This document shows, piece by piece, positions 58,903 to 64,000 of a stretch of DNA of 64,000 nucleotides. Position 1 is the first letter of the stretch. Every line of letters starts with the position of its first letter. The notes below the pieces were generated by a model. The model saw only the letters and a list, made by a program, of their open reading frames with translations, was not told the DNA's origin and did no database searches. The position numbers and the translations under genes were made by a program. The DNA comes from Chrysochromulina tobinii (taxonomy: Eukaryota): NCBI GenBank assembly GCA_001275005.1, contig JWZX01003325.1:1-64000 (forward strand). The letters are read 5' to 3'.

Positions 58903-60999
58903 ATGCTGGTACTGACCCTCTACGCGCAGCTCGCGCTGCTAAACTTGACTTCCTTGATCGGCATAGATGTTAATCTCGACCTGAGCAGCCGGCGGTTACT
59001 CGATCTATCGCTAACCATCCCGCTGGTCGACGCCGCCGCCGCCGCCGACGCCGAAACCGCCGACGCCGACGCAGCAGCCGCCGCAGCCGCCGCAGCCGCC
59101 GAAGTCGCCGAAGCCGAAGCTGCCGACCGTGCCGCTGCTGCCGTCCATGCCGCTGAAAGTTTTGAAGCTGAGCCGCTGGTGCCGTCTCCTCCACTGGCTC
59201 CAAGCCCGCCGCTGCCTCCACGGGCTCCGAGCCCGCCGCCACCCACGCCGCCGCCTCCGTTCCCGCCGCCCTCGCCCTCTCCTTCGCCTCCGTCGCCCTC
59301 TCCGCCGCCTCCTTCGATGCCGCCGCCCGCCATCCCGCCATATTGTGGGCGGGGCGTGTGGTCGTACGCGTGCAGCCCCCCGCCGCCCTCGCCGCCCCCG
59401 GCGCCAGCGCCGCCAGCACCGCCCCAATTGCCGGTGGTCACCTTCCACTTCGACGACCCGATTGCGCTGCACCTGAAGGAGCCCGTTGGCTGGCGCAACG
59501 TCGGCACGCACCTATGGCGTCGAGCGGTGACGTCGTTGCACGGTGACGGCAATCGCAAGACGGGCCCAGGCGGCCCCGCTCCCAGCGAGACGGCCACGGG
59601 CAGTTATTGGTACTATGCGGGTGGGCGAGGGGAGAGGGATTTCGATCTACTTGGCCATCAAACCCGCGCTGACGCCAAGTACATCCTAGAGTACATGGGG
59701 AATGAGTGCCACACAGAGGGGGGGTCGGGCATCATCGGCCACGTGTCATTCTACTACCACATGTGGGTGGCGACCGGCAAGTCGCTCACGGCGAGCTTCA
59801 TGCCGCGGGTGACGGGGCATTTCCGCGTGTTCGCCGTCGGAGGGCAGCGAGAGGGTAGCAATGGCGATGACCGGCACCTGCTCTTCTCACGCATGGGCAG
59901 TCAGGGCGACGAGTGGCACCACGTTCGGTTGGAGGTGCAGGCCCGTGCAGTGCAGTTTGAGTACGAGCGGAGTGTGGGACGGGCGGACGTGGCGCTCGCC
60001 GAAGTGACAGTCGAGTGCGCTCACGAGCCGCCCGCGCCGCCGCCGGAGCCGCCCGCGCCGCCGCCGGAGCCGCCCTCGCCGCCCAGGCCGCCTCATCCGC
60101 CGCCCTCGCCGCCCAGGCCGCCGCATCCGCCACGGCCCATGCACCCGCCCCATGCTCCTTTTTACGAGCCGCCGCCGCGGTCGGAATGGGTAAACACGAT
60201 CCTTATCATCTTGAGCTTGATCTTCACGATCTTAGCAGGTCGCGACTTCGCCGTGTGTATCGACTACAAGGTGATTACCTTCTTGAGTGCCTCGAATCGC
60301 CTCCGACTGCCGCTCATTGCCTCCGACTGCCGCTAACTCCCTCCGACTGCCGCTCATTGCCTCCGATTGCCGCTAATTACCTCCGATTGCCGCTCATTGC
60401 CTCCGATTGCCGCTAATTACCTCCGATTGCCGCTCATTGCCTCCGATTGCCGCTAATTACCACCGACTTCTCCGTATGTATCGAGTAGAAGGTAATCACT
60501 GGCGACGACGATTGTTCCATCACGATTGCCTTCACGATTGCCGCTGATGGCGTCCGATTGCCTCCCTCATCAGGCTGATCAGTGGTCCGAGGCAGCAGCA
60601 AAGCAGGTGCCCGTGGACGATGACGAGGACGCCATCGACGAAGAAAAGGCCGCCGCCGATCGAGTGAGAGCTTTGCAAGGCCTTGGCCCGCGTACACCGT
60701 CCAGAGGTCACACCACGCCGTCGGGGGGCGCCAAGCTTGTCGTGGGTGGCTCTGCGGCGACCACGGGCGCTGCGGCCGCCAAGGCGCGTGCCTCCGCAAT
60801 CTCAGTGCAGGCGGCGATGGACGCGGGGCACTCCGCAACGAACGCGTCGCGCCTAGAGGCGCTCGAGATGATGATTAGGAACCTCATCTCCGAAAAGGAC
60901 CCCAAACGACGAGACCCCGCGCTGCTTCGCAGGCTCGTGGCTGAAAAGGGGGCACTACTGGCCTCGTTCACTGAGAACAAGGACACGGAGATGCTGTGA
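58903..60999 (+). CDS. Type I membrane protein: signal peptide, Pro-rich stalks, MAM domain, TM helix and cytoplasmic tail, ~597 aa; intron 60271-60573
   Basis: MAM-like W.R....TGP.....TGSYWYY, SFYYHMW, GSQGDEWHHV, ADVALAEVTV; TM WVNTILIILSLIFTILAG; frame-consistent splice DYK|ADQW. Confidence 0.75.
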
Positions 61000-61544
61000 G
61001 CATGGTAGCGTTCAGATGCGCGTTCGGAGTGATGTAGTCGTTGCATGTTGCTCGTTGGCGCGGGGTCGGGCGGTCCGCGCGCGGTTGCCGATTATTTGCG
61101 ACAGTCGAGTGTTCGGTCTTTCGGTGTCCGGATCCAGTGGTCCGTGGCGGTGAGAGGCTCTGCCGGGTCCGGTCGGGTGCCGCCGCGGCGCGTGCGGCGG
61201 GCTCGGGCTGCTCCAAAAGTTACGGCTCTTCGCACTCGGCGCTCGGGCGTCCCCGGTCGGTTGTGATATCCGAGTTCCGTATACAGGTAAACTATAATCA
61301 AAATCGAATCGCAGCCCGCAGCGCGCAGGGCCGCGCGGCGGCCCCGCCCCCGCGCGGGCGCCGCCGCGACACGACTTGTGCACCGGAAATCCGGCGAGAC
61401 GAAACGTGTGCGTGCACCGTACGTCCGGTGGTGCGTTTTATCTCGAGGTCTGAGGAGCGGAGCCGGCCTGGGCTTCGAGGTTTATGCAGTTCAGGAATTG
61501 ACTATCGTACAAATTGTAACAGCTGCTCTGTCGTGTCGGCGGCT

Positions 61545-62576
61545 TTACGACGAAATAGCTGCTGCTGGCCCTTTGCTCGCCGTTGGTGCCGCGACGCCGC
61601 TCCCGCCGCCACCTTCAACATCAACGGTGCCGCCCTCCTGCTCGCGCACCACGCGCTCGAGGAGCTGCTCGAGGCACTCCTCGATCGCGAAGACACCTTG
61701 GCCCGCCTTGCTTGCCACGTGCCACTCAGGGTGCTCCGCCGCCGCACGCGACACCGATTGGGACGTCAGCCCTGGCAGGTAGTGCACCGCGCACCGCTCC
61801 GCCATCGGCAGGTCGTTATCATCGTCGAAGAGGCAGCAGGACTCGTCGGCGCGGACGCCGTACACGGCCTGCAGGTACGCGACCGCGTTGCCCTTGCCCG
61901 AAGCGGACGGGAAGAAGTCATACTTGCCAAGGTTCATCGCCCAGGTGATGCCGTGCGGCAGGTGCGCCTCGATGCACGCGCGCAGCGCGGCCTCGACGGC
62001 CGTATTGCCCTGAGTGTCGACGCGGAAGCAGCCATAGTAAGAGCGCGCGTCACACTTCAGCCCGGGCACCTCCGCCTGAAACCTCCGGAAGAGCTGCCAC
62101 AGCGGCTCCGGACGCTCGCTCACATCGAGCTCGCGCTCAAGCGGGCCGCTCACCTCCTCGAAGCCCTTGGCCCACGCCTCATCGAGCGCATCCAGGCCGC
62201 CGCGGTAGATGCGCGATCCTGTCTCGCAAACGTACGCGTCCGAGGGTGGCAGCAGAGGCTCCCGCTCGAAGAGTGTGCTCTTTCGTGCGGCGGTGACGAT
62301 GACGAAGATGACACCCCGCGCGCGCAGCTCAGCGATCAGCTCGACGGTGCGCTCGCTCACGAGGCCATCGCCCATGGTGGACGATGGCAGCAGCCGGCAC
62401 ACACGCTGCTCGCCCGTGGGCGACTCCACGACTGCGCGCTTCGCCTGCTCATCACGACTCACAATCTTGATCCCGTGCTCCTCAAACCACGCCGGAAAAT
62501 GCACGATGGTGCCGTCAAGGTCGGAGAAGATGGCGCGCACGCGAGAGGCTGGCCGCTGCAAGTCTGCAGCAGACAT
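61545..62576 (-). CDS. HAD-superfamily class IIB (Cof/sucrose-phosphatase-like) hydrolase
   Basis: Motif I IFSDLDGT, motif II IVTAAR, cap-region CETGSRI, motif III SGKGNAV, motif IV LFDDDNDLPM. Confidence 0.88.
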   Translation of the reverse strand: MSAADLQRPASRVRAIFSDLDGTIVHFPAWFEEHGIKIVSRDEQAKRAVVESPTGEQRVCRLLPSSTMGDGLVSERTVELIAELRARGVIFVIVTAARKSTLFEREPLLPPSDAYVCETGSRIYRGGLDALDEAWAKGFEEVSGPLERELDVSERPEPLWQLFRRFQAEVPGLKCDARSYYGCFRVDTQGNTAVEAALRACIEAHLPHGITWAMNLGKYDFFPSASGKGNAVAYLQAVYGVRADESCCLFDDDNDLPMAERCAVHYLPGLTSQSVSRAAAEHPEWHVASKAGQGVFAIEECLEQLLERVVREQEGGTVDVEGGGGSGVAAPTASKGPAAAISS

Positions 62577-62926
62577 GGTGGCGAGAAGCAGAAGCGGCGC
62601 GGATGGCGGTGGCGTGGCTGCCACGAGTGTGGAGAGTCTCCGCTCACACCCTCGTCGTCACGCCCTGGACCCAGGCTCGCGAAACGATTGCCACGACGAC
62701 GCGTCTCGCCATTGCATGCTTGCGAAACATATACTCGCTCCCTCATCTTGAACCCATCCCTAACCCATCCCTGCGGTTATATTGGAAGAGACTACAGTCC
62801 CACCGCGCACCGCAGCACTACATCTCTACAGTGGTCAGTGACAGTGGTCCGCTTGCGACCCGCGGTGCCGCGGACACGGGTTGTGTACATGCACGCGCGG
62901 GCAAGTGGTCACGTGATGACGCCTGA

Positions 62927-64000
62927 TCAAATCACCTGCACAAACGCGGCAGTCTGAGGCACGGGAGCCTTCCTCGCGACCAGCGCAGCCAGCATGGCTG
63001 CCTCCGCCGCCACCGCATCCTCCTCGTCGTCGTCGTCGTCCTCCTCCTCCTCCACCTGAACAGCCGGCGGCCGCCGGAGCGGCTGAGGCGCAGAGGGCTG
63101 CACAGAGAGCGACGATTGCGGCCAGGACCAAAGGGAAGCGACTGAGGCCCAGAGGGCTGTGGCCTGGGCGGTGCCGAAAGGGTGGGCAGGAGCCTCCTTT
63201 GGATCACCCGAAAGGTGCTGGGCAGCCTGGGTCTCCACCATGGACGTCTCCTCCTCCTTCTCCTCAAGCTCGTCGTCAACATGATCCGCATCTTCGAGCA
63301 TGACGGAGATCAGCGAGTGCATGCGCCCGCGCGCGCTGGACTGGGCGCTTGGCACGGCGCTCGGTACCGCGCTCGACACGGCGCTATCCGGGCGGTTCGA
63401 GACGGGTGGTGACGCGACGATGGGCGTGGCGGATGCCTTCGATCGCGTCTTCGCCGCCTTGCCAAAGAGCTGCCCTTTGGACACCTTGTCAATGAAGGAC
63501 TTGAACAAGGTCGACTCCTTCTCCTTCTTGGGGACAGCCTTGGCATTGGAGAGTTCGGAGTGGTTGAGCTTGTGTGTGCGCACGAACTGCATAGCCTGCT
63601 GCGCCTCACGCTGCGCATCTCGGTGCCTCCGCGCACTCGCGAGGATCTTGCCCGGTGGGGGCGAGAGCTGCGGCGAGAGCGGCGGGGAGAGCGGCGGCGA
63701 GCCCATGCAGTTGAGCGCCGGCATCGTCGGTTTGTCCTGCGACACCGTCGTTGGCGGCGCAAGGCCGTGCAGGAGCACGCGCAGCGCCTCCTTTGTCGCC
63801 TTGGATAGGCCCGAGGAACCGGCCAATGACGCGTTGGGCAACTCATCAAAGGGCTTCGACAGGTCGAAGCCCTCAAAGGCAGGGAGCACTTGGATCACAA
63901 CGTCACCGCTGGCGCTTCCCAGCTGGCGTGCGGCATCGTGCGGGTCCTGGACCAGAAAGTTGTTGATGAGCACGATCCGTTCACCCGGGTAGAAGAGGCC
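62927..64000 (-). CDS. Partial uncharacterised protein (5' end beyond the window); possible PDZ-like segment at the edge
   Basis: Open frame running off the window; GLFYPGERIVLINNFLVQDPHDAARQL..DVVIQV resembles the C-terminal half of a PDZ domain; the rest is low complexity. Confidence 0.55.
   Translation of the reverse strand, partial: GLFYPGERIVLINNFLVQDPHDAARQLGSASGDVVIQVLPAFEGFDLSKPFDELPNASLAGSSGLSKATKEALRVLLHGLAPPTTVSQDKPTMPALNCMGSPPLSPPLSPQLSPPPGKILASARRHRDAQREAQQAMQFVRTHKLNHSELSNAKAVPKKEKESTLFKSFIDKVSKGQLFGKAAKTRSKASATPIVASPPVSNRPDSAVSSAVPSAVPSAQSSARGRMHSLISVMLEDADHVDDELEEKEEETSMVETQAAQHLSGDPKEAPAHPFGTAQATALWASVASLWSWPQSSLSVQPSAPQPLRRPPAVQVEEEEDDDDDEEDAVAAEAAMLAALVARKAPVPQTAAFVQVI

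Noticed and set aside
61041..62957. 638-aa + strand ORF
   Set aside because: Overlaps the HAD hydrolase antisense and has no motifs; long shadow ORFs are expected at this GC content.
1..64000. tRNA, rRNA, transposase or reverse-transcriptase genes
   Set aside because: None recognised by eye; a covariance-model and HMM scan would be needed to exclude them.

Overview
GC-rich, intron-containing eukaryotic DNA. The style suggests a haptophyte alga such as Chrysochromulina, but that is my inference and cannot be proven from the window. I joined ORF-track fragments by hand across GT-AG introns and checked the frames. This gave about 12 genes: a Pro-rich extensin-like fragment, PIG-A, a DENN-GRAM-CNH protein, a repeat-rich hybrid histidine kinase, a CARMIL-like LRR protein fused to a GT49 glycosyltransferase, USO1/p115, an MFS transporter, a coiled-coil unknown, ALG2, a Pro-rich MAM-domain membrane protein, a HAD-IIB phosphatase and a partial gene at the right edge. 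Two things stand out. (1) One ~20.5-kb minus-strand gene (23395-43851; 9 frame-consistent introns; ~6,290 aa) encodes a giant NLR-like protein. It has an intact Tpt1/KptA NAD+-dependent domain and an APH/TCAD9-like kinase, followed by three tandem [linker domain-NACHT-LRR] modules, the third catalytically degenerate. (2) Many introns are built from a 19-37-bp duplication of the adjacent exon plus a variable number of ~10-12-bp CTGATTGCCT-type repeats and/or a shared TGCATGCAAGTGCTCACCACGGCGCC motif. The same duplication-plus-repeat structure also occurs antisense and in-frame inside an exon, which suggests an active intron-creating insertion mechanism. Domain calls come from motif recognition only; no searches were run.
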